Of a stretch of DNA of 64,000 nucleotides, positions 19,586 to 29,061 are shown one piece after another. Every line of letters begins with the position of its first letter. The stretch's first letter is position 1. The notes under the pieces are model-generated. The model worked only from the letters and a program-made list of their open reading frames with translations. It was not told where the DNA came from and did not search any database. Source of the DNA: Syntrophorhabdaceae bacterium (lineage in GTDB: Bacteria; Desulfobacterota; Syntrophorhabdia; Syntrophorhabdales; Syntrophorhabdaceae); contig CAXXUO010000001.1 in the NCBI GenBank assembly GCA_963666485.2, positions 160,001 to 224,000 of the forward strand, written 5' to 3'. A program made the translations under genes and the position numbers.

Positions 19586-19858
19586 ATGCCAACGGTATCA
19601 CTGCTAGAAGAAATAACACAGATAATCGTCAACCAGTTAGGTGTCGACAAAACCGCGATAGTGCCCGAGGCAAAATTCATCGACGACCTCGGGGCAGACT
19701 CCCTCGATATCGTCGAGCTTTTGATGGCGCTCGAAGACGAGTACGGAATTGAGGTCCCGGATGAAGATGCAGAGGGTATGCAGACAGTCGGGGACATTGT
19801 CCGCTATATCGAAGAGCGCGTGAACGGATACCGTCAACAAGGAGAAGCGGGATGCTGA
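19586..19858 (+). CDS. Acyl carrier protein
   Basis: [17 protein letters not shown] phosphopantetheine Ser motif. Confidence 0.93.
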   Translation: MPTVSLLEEITQIIVNQLGVDKTAIVPEAKFIDDLGADSLDIVELLMALEDEYGIEVPDEDAEGMQTVGDIVRYIEERVNGYRQQGEAGC

Positions 19859-20661
19859 ACAACGTCAACGCTTATTTAATGGAGAACCCGGACGAGGAAG
19901 TGCGCCTCGAATGGAAAACAGACCCGGAGACCATGCAAAGGCAGGCAACCTGGTGCGGAATAAAACCCGGCATGAGGGTCCTCGATGCTGGCTGCGGGAC
20001 CGGCAAGACCTCGAAGCTCCTTTATGATATGGTCCAGCCCGGCGGGGAGGTCGTAGGAATAGACCTCTCGGAAAAGAGAATTGCCTGCGCCAGGGAAAAT
20101 TACCAGGGAGAACGGCTCTCATTTCAGGTGTGCGACCTCACAAAACCCCTGGCCCGCATAGGTAAATTCGACGCGATCTGGGTCCGCTTTGTCCTCGAAT
20201 ATTTCCTTAAAGAAAGCCGCTTGATCGTGCAAAACCTCAGTGAGTGCCTGTCTGCGGGCGGGTACCTCTGTCTTCTCGATCTCGATCATAACTGCCTGAG
20301 TCATTACGGTCTTTCGACTGAGATGGAAGCAACCCTTGCAAAGCTCATGAGGGCCACGGAAAAATTGAATTTTGACCCCTATTGCGGCCGCAAGCTTTAC
20401 TCGTACCTTTACGATATCGGCCTTCATGACATAACCTCGGACCTCATGGCGCACCATCTCATTTACGGAAAATTAAGGGATGTGGATGCCTTCAACTGGG
20501 CGATAAAACTGTACGTCACCGGCAAAAAAACGGAGAAGGTTTTTGAAGGATACCCGGGCGGCTTCACATCTTTTTTCTCGGATTTTCAGACCTTCTTTGC
20601 CGATCCCCGGCGGTTCACGTATACACCGCTCATCATGTGCAAGGGCAGGGCTGCAGCGTAA
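19852..20661 (+). CDS. Class I SAM-dependent methyltransferase
   Basis: VLDAGCGTG motif I, VGID and FDAIW; start overlaps the ACP stop. Confidence 0.9.
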   Translation: MLNNVNAYLMENPDEEVRLEWKTDPETMQRQATWCGIKPGMRVLDAGCGTGKTSKLLYDMVQPGGEVVGIDLSEKRIACARENYQGERLSFQVCDLTKPLARIGKFDAIWVRFVLEYFLKESRLIVQNLSECLSAGGYLCLLDLDHNCLSHYGLSTEMEATLAKLMRATEKLNFDPYCGRKLYSYLYDIGLHDITSDLMAHHLIYGKLRDVDAFNWAIKLYVTGKKTEKVFEGYPGGFTSFFSDFQTFFADPRRFTYTPLIMCKGRAAA

Positions 20662-20687
20662 GGAACTACGAACAGGGAGGAAAGATA

Positions 20688-22784
20688 ATGGTTAGGGACA
20701 GCAGTGCGAATGTACGGCTTATAGAACCCGGGGAGGCCTTTGAAAAGGACCATTTTCCGCCCCCGCGTTTCATACAGGGCATTACCCCGGATCTTTTCGA
20801 AACCGCACAAAAAGTTGAGATCGAAAAGATCATCAATGACCTGAACTACATTCATTTCCGCGGCGGCAACATAGCGATAAGCCTCACACACCCCGGGCAC
20901 AGGGGCAGCATTCTTTTGAGCGCACGGCCACAGCCCTCCCTGGACGCCAATCTCGTCTGTCTGTGGCAGACCGATGTCCGAAATATGAAACTTGGATCGT
21001 ACACATTCGAATGGCTCTTCGTGAATGACGGCGATTCTTTCATGCTCGTTCCCTGCGAAATGACCGCGATGAACGAGAAATTCATATCAATGCGTATCAC
21101 CGGTAAAGGTTTGCTGCTGGAACGCAGAAAGACGAGACGCTGCCCCGGAAACCGGGTAGACGTGGAATTGGCTCAGAATGGTTTCGTGGCACGGGGTGTT
21201 CTCCTGGATTTCAGTACGAAAGGTTTCCGGATACGCGTTGAACTTGATCGCTCTTATCCGTTCAACTGGCTTAACCCTGACGACTACTGCCGGGTAAACC
21301 TGATGAACGGCACGGGGATGATACTCACGTGCACCTGCACGGTCATACGACAGAGCGAAGCTGTTAGGTCGAGGGAAATTGTGGTCTGGCCTGACATGCG
21401 GTCCATCAACAGATTCCCCAAAAAAGAGGTCAGGCCTGAGCGGCACCATTTAAACCCTTCACCGAAAATAAGCTTTGAGCATCCGCTGTCAGGAACGACG
21501 GTCCAGAGAGCGGTCGCCGATATTTCCTATTCCGGATTGGCAGTTCATGAGCCTTCGGAAAATGCCGTCCTTCTTCCGGGCATGATGATTCCCGCGCTTA
21601 TGATCAATTTCCCCGGCGGGCTTAAACTAAAATGCGTGGCGCAGGTCGTCTCCTGCCGGGACATAGATGGGAATATCGTCAGGTGCGGGCTTGCCTTCCT
21701 CGATATGGACGTATCGGCGTACGGCCGCCTCACACAATTGATAAGCAGCATTGAAGACCCCTGCAATAATATTTCAGGTGACCTGGACCTCGACGCACTC
21801 TGGGAATTCTTCTTTCACACGAACTTCATGTATCCGAAAAAATATAAACTGGTGAAATCCTACATCGATACATTTAAAACGATCTATACGAAGCTTTACC
21901 GGGACACCCCGGAGATCGCGGTCCATTACGCGTACGAAAAAGACGGAAGGGTCCTGGCGCATTTATCTATGTTAAGGAGCTATGACAGTGCGTGGATGCT
22001 GCACCATCATGCGGCCAGGGTAACGAGCCGCAGGACGGGCATCGGCATTCTCAAACTCATGGTCAATTACGTAAATGGCTTATACAGGCTGCCGACACCC
22101 CGCATGCGCTATGTTATGTGCTACTTCCGCCCGGACAATCACTTCCCCGACATGGTCTACGGAAAGTTCGCACGGGAACATAACGATCCCCGCGGATGTT
22201 CGCTCGACCTGTTCGCTTACGCAACGTTCAAGATCGCGGCACCCCAAGGCCTTCCCGGCGGGTGGGACGTCAGAAGGTCGACCCCTGAGGATATCCGGGA
22301 CCTCGAAACGTTCTACCGGGCGGCTTCAGGATTCTCTTCCCCGGAAGGAGGCGGCCTGTTGGTAGACGCTCTTGGCCTGCGTGAACCCGGCGCCAACGAT
22401 GCCGTGATGGCGTTGTACCACTCATTGGGGTTCGAACGGAACATTTGCCTTTATTCACTCTATCGTGAAGACGAGCTGAAAGCGGTGTTCATCGTCAACC
22501 AGGCGGACCTTGGAATGAACCTTTCAGAACTGCTCAATTCGGTCAAGGTGGTGGTTTTAGATCGGGAGGGCGTCTCCTGGGAGACGATCTCGGCGGCCAT
22601 AAACCGGTTCGCCGGCTCTTATCACCTGGACACCATACCCGTGATGGTATACCCGTTCGAATACGCTGAAAAGAACGGGGTCCCGTATGAAAAGCAGTAC
22701 TATCTCTGGATACTTGACCTGTACAGGAGTGCAGACCCCTATCTCCATTACCTGGAAAACAGGTTGAAGGTAAAGTTCGGATAA
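20688..22784 (+). CDS. Protein with two PilZ domains and a C-terminal GNAT-like domain (PixB-like architecture)
   Basis: ERRKTRR...DFSTKG (canonical PilZ), RPERH...DISYSG (second PilZ), RRTGIG GNAT motif-A-like sequence; GGAGG RBS. Confidence 0.7.
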   Translation: MVRDSSANVRLIEPGEAFEKDHFPPPRFIQGITPDLFETAQKVEIEKIINDLNYIHFRGGNIAISLTHPGHRGSILLSARPQPSLDANLVCLWQTDVRNMKLGSYTFEWLFVNDGDSFMLVPCEMTAMNEKFISMRITGKGLLLERRKTRRCPGNRVDVELAQNGFVARGVLLDFSTKGFRIRVELDRSYPFNWLNPDDYCRVNLMNGTGMILTCTCTVIRQSEAVRSREIVVWPDMRSINRFPKKEVRPERHHLNPSPKISFEHPLSGTTVQRAVADISYSGLAVHEPSENAVLLPGMMIPALMINFPGGLKLKCVAQVVSCRDIDGNIVRCGLAFLDMDVSAYGRLTQLISSIEDPCNNISGDLDLDALWEFFFHTNFMYPKKYKLVKSYIDTFKTIYTKLYRDTPEIAVHYAYEKDGRVLAHLSMLRSYDSAWMLHHHAARVTSRRTGIGILKLMVNYVNGLYRLPTPRMRYVMCYFRPDNHFPDMVYGKFAREHNDPRGCSLDLFAYATFKIAAPQGLPGGWDVRRSTPEDIRDLETFYRAASGFSSPEGGGLLVDALGLREPGANDAVMALYHSLGFERNICLYSLYREDELKAVFIVNQADLGMNLSELLNSVKVVVLDREGVSWETISAAINRFAGSYHLDTIPVMVYPFEYAEKNGVPYEKQYYLWILDLYRSADPYLHYLENRLKVKFG

Positions 22785-22803
22785 AAGGAAAAGGTGGAGC
22801 GTC

Positions 22804-23748
22804 ATGTATATCAACCTGGCTTCACACTATGTGCCCGCGACAACCATTCGCAACGACCGCTACGAATGCCTGTCGGGGCTCACGGACGACTGGATCCGCA
22901 AAAGATCGGGAATACGGTCACGCGCGAGGGCCTGCTGTCACGAAAATACAAATACTATGGGGGTGGAAGCGTGCAGGCGCGCCTATGAGCACATCCCCTA
23001 CCCGATCGTGGATGTCGATCTCATCGTCGGAGCCACATATACCCCGTACGATACCATTGCCACTCTTGCCCACGCTGTCCAGCATTTCCTTGAAGTGCCG
23101 AAAGCCCGGGTGATCTCGATCTCGTCGGCATGTTCCTCCTTCATAAATGCCCTCGAGGTCGTTGAGGGATATTTCGCGTCAGGCAAGGCACATAAAGCCC
23201 TTGTCGTCGCCTCGGAACACAACAGTGCCTACAGCGAGGACACCGATACACAGTGCGGCCATCTGTGGGGAGACGGGGCGGGAGCTGCCTTTATCTCGAA
23301 GGAAAGAGTTTCCGATGAAGACATACAAATACTGGATATAAACACAACGGGACTTGGCCACCTCGGCAAGGCTATGGACGCCATTCACCTCAGGCCGGGC
23401 AACGGCGGCCTCACGATGCCGGCCGGCAGGGACATATTTGTGAACGCGGTCAGATACATGGTTGCAGAAGTTAAGGAAATTTTGGAGAAAAACCAGTATA
23501 ATACACAAGACATAGCACACCTCATCCCCCACCAGGCGAATCTCAGGATCATTGCCCAGGTCGGTGAAATGCTGGGAATGCACAACGGCAGGGTGATCAC
23601 GAATGTGGAGGACACGGGGAATACAGGCTGTGCGAGCACGATAATCGCGCTGTCGCAAAATTGGGAACGCTTCGCGAAAGACGAGCTTATAGCGGTAACC
23701 GTTTTTGGCGGCGGATATTCAAGCGGTGCAATGCTTTTAAAGAAATAA
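22804..23748 (+). CDS. Ketoacyl-ACP synthase III (FabH family)
   Basis: SACSSF Cys, WGDGAGA, PHQAN His, GNTG Asn, FGGG. Confidence 0.92.
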   Translation: MYINLASHYVPATTIRNDRYECLSGLTDDWIRKRSGIRSRARACCHENTNTMGVEACRRAYEHIPYPIVDVDLIVGATYTPYDTIATLAHAVQHFLEVPKARVISISSACSSFINALEVVEGYFASGKAHKALVVASEHNSAYSEDTDTQCGHLWGDGAGAAFISKERVSDEDIQILDINTTGLGHLGKAMDAIHLRPGNGGLTMPAGRDIFVNAVRYMVAEVKEILEKNQYNTQDIAHLIPHQANLRIIAQVGEMLGMHNGRVITNVEDTGNTGCASTIIALSQNWERFAKDELIAVTVFGGGYSSGAMLLKK

Positions 23749-23760
23749 TGAGGATACCTA

Positions 23761-24888
23761 ATGAACAGTACATTACATGAGGCAGGTACCCGGACAGAGT
23801 TGCCGCCCTTGATCATCAAGGGAAAAAAGATACCTGTACCTATCATCCAGGGCGGTATGGGGGTTGGCGTGTCCCTCTCGCCCCTTGCCGGCGCCGTAGC
23901 GCAGGAAGGGGCCGTGGGCATTGTATCGAGCGCCGCCCTTGATCGCGTCATATCAAAAAGAAATGGAAAAAAATGCTCGGCGTACGAAGCAGCATACGAA
24001 GAAATTTCGCTGTCTAAGGAAAAAGGCGGGTTTGCGGGGATCAATATCATGGTCGCCCTGCTGCAGACCTACGATGCAACGGTGGAGGGCGCGATAGATG
24101 CCGGGGCGGATTTTATTATATCAGGCGCCGGCCTTCCTATGAAGCTGCCGCTCATTAAAAAACCGGGAGAAACCGCGCTCATCCCCATAGTATCTTCAGC
24201 ACGGGCGCTCGAGCTGATATGCAAGAAATGGGAGCGTGCAGGGTACAGGCCGGACGCGGTCGTTCTTGAAGGACCGCTGGCGGGAGGGCATCTAGGGTTT
24301 AAATTCGAGGAACTGTACCTCGAATCGAACAGACTTGAAAATCTTTTCCCGCCGGTCAAGGACATGGCCGAAAAATACGGAGGATTCCCCGTCATAGTCG
24401 CCGGCGGCATCTACGATCATTCCGATATCGTGAAGTTTCTCAAAATGGGCGCCGACGGGGTACAGATGGGAACACGTTTCCTGGTCGCCCGGGAATCGAG
24501 TGCCACCGACGCATATAAACAGGCGGTGATCGATGCAGGCAAGGAAGATATCGTTGTCGCACATAATCCCGGCTCTCCCAGTGGTTTGCCTTTCATGGTG
24601 ATCAAAGAATCGGGCATGTACCAGGATGCCCTCGCCAGAAAAAGAAAGCCCCTGTGCAACAAGGGGTACATGCTGCGGCCGGACCGTGACGGTGTTTTCA
24701 ATCAGTGCGACAGCCGGTTGGAGACCGGCAACAGTTTTTGCATCTGCAACGGCCTTCTCAGTTCGGCAGGTTACAATCCTGACCGGGAGAAACCGCTTTA
24801 TACGGTCGGCGCGAACGGCTACCGGATCGACAGGCTCACATCGGTAAAAGAACTCATGGCGGAACTGACAGGGAACAAAGTAGGATAA
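23761..24888 (+). CDS. Nitronate-monooxygenase-family flavoprotein, FabX/FabK-like
   Basis: IQGGMGVG, EGPLAGGHLG, AGGI, VQMGTRF, C-terminal Cys cluster and GANGYRID as in H. pylori FabX. Confidence 0.82.
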   Translation: MNSTLHEAGTRTELPPLIIKGKKIPVPIIQGGMGVGVSLSPLAGAVAQEGAVGIVSSAALDRVISKRNGKKCSAYEAAYEEISLSKEKGGFAGINIMVALLQTYDATVEGAIDAGADFIISGAGLPMKLPLIKKPGETALIPIVSSARALELICKKWERAGYRPDAVVLEGPLAGGHLGFKFEELYLESNRLENLFPPVKDMAEKYGGFPVIVAGGIYDHSDIVKFLKMGADGVQMGTRFLVARESSATDAYKQAVIDAGKEDIVVAHNPGSPSGLPFMVIKESGMYQDALARKRKPLCNKGYMLRPDRDGVFNQCDSRLETGNSFCICNGLLSSAGYNPDREKPLYTVGANGYRIDRLTSVKELMAELTGNKVG

Positions 24889-24921
24889 TGAGCCGATAGA
24901 AGCCGATACGTGACGGGAATT

Positions 24922-25353
24922 TTATATTTCTTTGTATTTCCCGTCGATGATCTCCGTCAACACCCCATGGCATTGCCTCGGATGCAGAAAGGCAAAGTAC
25001 CTGTTCAATTCCTTCGCAAACCGTGGTTGCCGGTCGACCAGGTCGGCGCCATTTCTCATGAGGAGTTCCAGCGATCCCGCGGCATCATCCACCTTCAGGG
25101 AAAAGACCATGATACCCTCGCCGTGCCCTTCTATAAATCTCGCGACCTCTCCCGTCCCATCCATGTCCTCCATAATTTCCAGGGCAGTTTCGCCGATCAT
25201 AAAATAGGCCACATTGATCTTCTCGTCATGGTCCGAGTAACGCCCGTCAATTTCCCAGCCAAAAGCCCGCTTGAAATCCTCCTCAGCCTTTTTCAGGTCT
25301 TTGACCGCGATGCTGATATGATCGATGCAGTTTACCTTCAGCTTCTCTGTCAT
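24922..25353 (-). CDS. VOC family protein (methylmalonyl-CoA epimerase-like)
   Basis: IDHISIAVKDL, LE, GEGI and FLHP...GVLTE motifs; GGAGG RBS. Confidence 0.85.
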   Translation of the reverse strand: MTEKLKVNCIDHISIAVKDLKKAEEDFKRAFGWEIDGRYSDHDEKINVAYFMIGETALEIMEDMDGTGEVARFIEGHGEGIMVFSLKVDDAAGSLELLMRNGADLVDRQPRFAKELNRYFAFLHPRQCHGVLTEIIDGKYKEI

Positions 25354-25490
25354 ACCTGCCTCCATTCCGCAAAGTCCAAAGCACTCTCTATACGGGTATA
25401 GTGCCGAGTATAGCATCAGGCACAATGTGAAGCGACAGAAAATCACGCTTTCAGGAACGGAGGATCTAAAGTTCCCCGGTAAAGATTAAG

Positions 25491-25765
25491 GGTTGATGGC
25501 ACAACGAATGACTACCCCTCCCCGTCATCCCGGTGCTTGACACCGGGATCCAGTGTCTTTGCCTTTGTTTCTTCGTTTCGGGTTTACGTAGCCCAGGGGC
25601 TCAACAACAATGAAAGACAGGCGGTACGAAAAAGAGGGAAAACCTTGGATCCCGGTGTCAAGCACCGGGATGACGATATCTGGTTGGGGATGACGATATC
25701 TGGTTGGGGATGACGATATCTGGTTGGGGTCCACGATATGATAGCTGTTTAATATGCCATCAACC
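25491..25765. mobile_element. MITE-like element with 11-bp terminal inverted repeats, containing an inverted REP pair and a 20-bp tandem repeat
   Basis: GGTTGATGGCA (25491-25501) and TGCCATCAACC (25755-25765); REPs at 25523-25552 and 25646-25675. Confidence 0.5.
25667..25739. repeat. 20-bp tandem repeat, 3 perfect copies plus 1 degenerate
   Basis: (GGGATGACGATATCTGGTTG)3, starting inside the 3' end of a REP. Confidence 0.9.
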
Positions 25766-25812
25766 ATTGAAAACTAAAAATAAATCCCGGGAAACGGTTA
25801 ATGGACGCCGGG

Positions 25813-26601
25813 TTATCGCGCCGGCAGGCGAAGGATCATTCCTTTATCAAGGATCATGTCATCAATATGGCCCGTGGCTTTTGTAGTCCGTGATACAAGA
25901 TGCATATGAACCGCATTCTTTTCGCCGGAGCCGGGTTTTATCGCGGGTGAATATTGACTGATAAATATCCCGTTATGCTTTTCCGAATAGAACCCGATCA
26001 CATCTATGGGTTCATCCTTCATGGTAAATAATTCCTTGGACCTGGCAAAAAGCTCGCGGGTGATCGGTTTTTTATCGGTTCTATCGCAGTTGATGTGCCA
26101 GATTATTTCTACGGGTTTTCCGTAAAATTGGAAAGGGATCGGCTTCGAAACATCGAGCCCGGACGCAAGAGCCTGCTCTTTCAAGAATTTCTGGAACTGG
26201 ACGTATGTCTTGACCGTTTCCGGGATCGGTATGTCTGTCCAACGAGGAACCTCGGCCCAAATCAGGAAAAGGGCGCTGTGGTCCAGCGTATTATCCACCT
26301 CGAAACTTTTGCCGCGTAATTTTGCAACGTAAGGGCGGGAGTTCATTATCGTGATCTCCCCGTCCAGCAATGCGGCAGGTCCAACCGCATAAATATCTTT
26401 CTTATCCTGGAAAAAACGAAGCGCCAGCGTCCCTTCTGCCTTACCTGTCTCGAACAATCTCTTCTGGGCGCCAATGTACGATACCATCCCGTCTACTGTC
26501 GGAGCCTCCGCTGCCGCATTGGCAGCAAGACATATAATGACGAATAAACAGCTGAGGATGCCTGCGACTGTTTTTCCTGCCCTGAAATATCTCCGGCCCA
26601 T
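25813..26601 (-). CDS. Exported acetolactate-decarboxylase-fold protein
   Basis: Signal peptide; LDGEI, GFYS and VHMHL...GHID Zn-ligand pattern. Confidence 0.65.
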   Translation of the reverse strand: MGRRYFRAGKTVAGILSCLFVIICLAANAAAEAPTVDGMVSYIGAQKRLFETGKAEGTLALRFFQDKKDIYAVGPAALLDGEITIMNSRPYVAKLRGKSFEVDNTLDHSALFLIWAEVPRWTDIPIPETVKTYVQFQKFLKEQALASGLDVSKPIPFQFYGKPVEIIWHINCDRTDKKPITRELFARSKELFTMKDEPIDVIGFYSEKHNGIFISQYSPAIKPGSGEKNAVHMHLVSRTTKATGHIDDMILDKGMILRLPAR

Positions 26602-26892
26602 ATATTGGTCCCCTAAAATGCCAGTTATGTCAATTGTGAATTTTTTGTGAGTTACGGTGTTAATTGGTTATTTATTGTTTATCATAGTGACAATATTTCT
26701 GTCAAATAATCGGGCGCAACGGCAGCAAGGTTTCTAAGACCTCCACCTGTCGTCTGGATAGAATCTACATGATCTCATTCTTATAGTATTGTATGGGCAT
26801 ATGTTTGGGCCTGATAAAAATGGGAAGAGGTACGAATGCCGGGGTAGGAAAGGAGGGACTGAAAGGTTGTGCAAACTTTCAGGCAACAGGAC

Positions 26893-27570
26893 ATGACAAA
26901 ACTGAATGAAAAAGCGTGGCTCAGCCTGGCGGCACTCGCAGTGTTCATGGGTCTGCTGCTCTTTATTCCCGCATGGAGCATCCGCTACTGGCATGCATGG
27001 ATCTATATAGTCGTGTTCATGGGAACATCAAGCGTGATCACGGTGTACCTGATGCGGCACGAACCGGAGCTTCTCGAACGACGCATGAAGGGCGGACCGA
27101 CCGCAGAACAAAGGCCGGTTCAAAAGTTTATCATGCTCTGGACATCGATCGGGTTCATTTCTCTGCTCGTAGTACCCGCGCTCGATCATCGCTTCAAGTG
27201 GTCTTCCGTGCCGGTTATGTTCGTAGTGCCGGGCGATCTCCTGGTGGTAATCGGATTCTATTTCATTTTTCGCGTCTACAGAGAGAATCCGTATTCATCC
27301 GCAACGATAGAGATAGTCGAAGGGCAAAAGCTCGTTTCGACAGGGCCGTATGCTGTCGTTCGCCATCCCATGTATGCAAGTGCTCTATTGTACCTCATTG
27401 GCACACCGCTTGCCCTTGGTTCGTACTGGGGATTCATCGGGCTTGTATTCATGCTGCCGTTCCTGCTCTGGCGTCTTCTTGACGAAGAACGTTTTCTTTC
27501 GCTAAACCTGCCAGGATATGAGGAATACCGGAAGCGGGTGCGGTATCGTCTCGTACCTTTTCTATGGTAG
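26893..27570 (+). CDS. Isoprenylcysteine carboxyl methyltransferase (ICMT/STE14) family membrane protein
   Basis: TGPYAVVRHPMY, EE and GYEEY..RV.YRLVP motifs. Confidence 0.9.
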   Translation: MTKLNEKAWLSLAALAVFMGLLLFIPAWSIRYWHAWIYIVVFMGTSSVITVYLMRHEPELLERRMKGGPTAEQRPVQKFIMLWTSIGFISLLVVPALDHRFKWSSVPVMFVVPGDLLVVIGFYFIFRVYRENPYSSATIEIVEGQKLVSTGPYAVVRHPMYASALLYLIGTPLALGSYWGFIGLVFMLPFLLWRLLDEERFLSLNLPGYEEYRKRVRYRLVPFLW

Positions 27571-27619
27571 GTTGCGGAGCATCCATTTTTTTGCCTCAGA
27601 TTAAAAGCGATGGAGAATC

Positions 27620-28135
27620 TTACTTGTTTTTGCCCCCCTTCATGGTGAAGCGCCATTTACAAAAGAGATTCTCGGGGTGCGGGTCGGGAGGGGCGAACAC
27701 GCATTCAACCTTTATGTCCCTGTCGATCTCCTCGATCATATTCGCAAATTCCCCGAGATGCATCTCCTTGCAGCTGTATTCTCCCACTCCTTTCTTCAGC
27801 CGGGCCTCCTGGGATGCGCAATGGGAGATCGAGACTATGACCTCCTCGTCTTTCTCCTCGATGTCGAACTCCGATATCATTGTCCACGGGGAATAGCGCA
27901 GGACCCTGGCAAGGCCTTTCAGGCCTTTTTCCTCGATGGAGAACTTCTTTATGATCTCGCGGGTCATGATCTTGCCCATCCTGTGCCACACCTGTTCATT
28001 GATCTTGATAGCGGCATCGTAGCCGTAGGTATGTTCGACCCCGAGAAACCAGAACCCGTCGGTCTTTCTGAACAGGTCCACCATGAACTCAATATAAGGC
28101 CGAAGCTCTTCGCTATCGAACTCGCGTATCTTCAT
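27620..28135 (-). CDS. DUF6125-like protein
   Basis: DGFWFLGVE...G.DAA...W, C..QEAR..KG...C and C.FAPPD...CKW motifs; GGAGG RBS. Confidence 0.65.
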   Translation of the reverse strand: MKIREFDSEELRPYIEFMVDLFRKTDGFWFLGVEHTYGYDAAIKINEQVWHRMGKIMTREIIKKFSIEEKGLKGLARVLRYSPWTMISEFDIEEKDEEVIVSISHCASQEARLKKGVGEYSCKEMHLGEFANMIEEIDRDIKVECVFAPPDPHPENLFCKWRFTMKGGKNK

Positions 28136-28293
28136 AAAAGGCCCTCCTCCATCGCCTTATAAGGCTACCATAGTTCCCCGAATGCCGGTCAAGATTCTTC
28201 CTCTTTTCTCTCGCGAAATCCTGATTTTCGATATAATAACTATATTGGTAATACGAGCATACGAAGGATCAGTGAAAAATAAAGGGAGGTATC

Positions 28294-28488
28294 ATGAAGA
28301 AACTCGAAGTGACATTACCGGAACTGGCGCTTATCGCCGGCACCAGGGCGATACTCGGGGCAGGGATCGGCCTGCTTATAGCGGATAAGATACCGGAGGA
28401 CCAACGTAAGGCCGTCGGCTGGACCCTCACGATCATAGGGGCTGCAACGACGATCCCGCTCGCTGTAAATGCCCTGGCAAAAAAGTAG
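28294..28488 (+). CDS. Small membrane protein
   Basis: GGAGGT RBS, 64 aa, two hydrophobic helices. Confidence 0.7.
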   Translation: MKKLEVTLPELALIAGTRAILGAGIGLLIADKIPEDQRKAVGWTLTIIGAATTIPLAVNALAKK

Positions 28489-28494
28489 CGGCGT

Positions 28495-29061
28495 CTATCT
28501 CGATCTCTTTTTTCTGGCTGCGTCGTCGAGTGCCTTCCGGGGATCACAGCGGTTGTCACGGAGACACGATAGGAAAAAATAGGGCTCGATCTCCCCGCGG
28601 CGTACCAGGTATGTATAGGGACGGGACGCCAGCGATATCCCGAAATGGAGATGGCTCGGGGTACGCGCCGCATTGCCGGATGACCCGATATACCCCAGGA
28701 CCTCGCCGGTCTTGACCTTCTTGCCTAAGGTCATGCCGGCGGCGATCCCTTCCAGGTGGCTTCCGTAATAACGGTATCCGTCATCCCCGGCAATACTTAT
28801 CCATATTCCGCCCTTCAGGGCGGGGTCCCGGGTCTTTTCCCAGAGGTCCGTCGACTGGATATCTTCGATAGTACCAGAGACAGGCGAGACAAAGGCGGTG
28901 CCTTTTCCGGCGAATATATCTATACCCGGATAACCATGCCCACCCTTTTTGAATGAAGCGCTTTTTACCGGTTGAACAGGAAAAACATAGGACACCTCGG
29001 CGGCCCCGGCGATGAAGCTCAGAACGATGACAAGGAGTACGGCCGCACACGATATTCTCAT
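28495..29061 (-). CDS. M23 family peptidase
   Basis: H.Y.GIDIFA, YYGSHL and G.SGNA..T..HLHF motifs; signal peptide. Confidence 0.88.
   Translation of the reverse strand: MRISCAAVLLVIVLSFIAGAAEVSYVFPVQPVKSASFKKGGHGYPGIDIFAGKGTAFVSPVSGTIEDIQSTDLWEKTRDPALKGGIWISIAGDDGYRYYGSHLEGIAAGMTLGKKVKTGEVLGYIGSSGNAARTPSHLHFGISLASRPYTYLVRRGEIEPYFFLSCLRDNRCDPRKALDDAARKKRSR

Noticed and set aside
19850..19890. ACP ending GC-UGA as a possible selenocysteine
   Set aside because: No downstream hairpin; the UGA is explained by overlap with the methyltransferase start
25667..25739. Repeated 20-mer as a possible CRISPR array
   Set aside because: Units are head-to-tail with no spacers, and there are no cas genes
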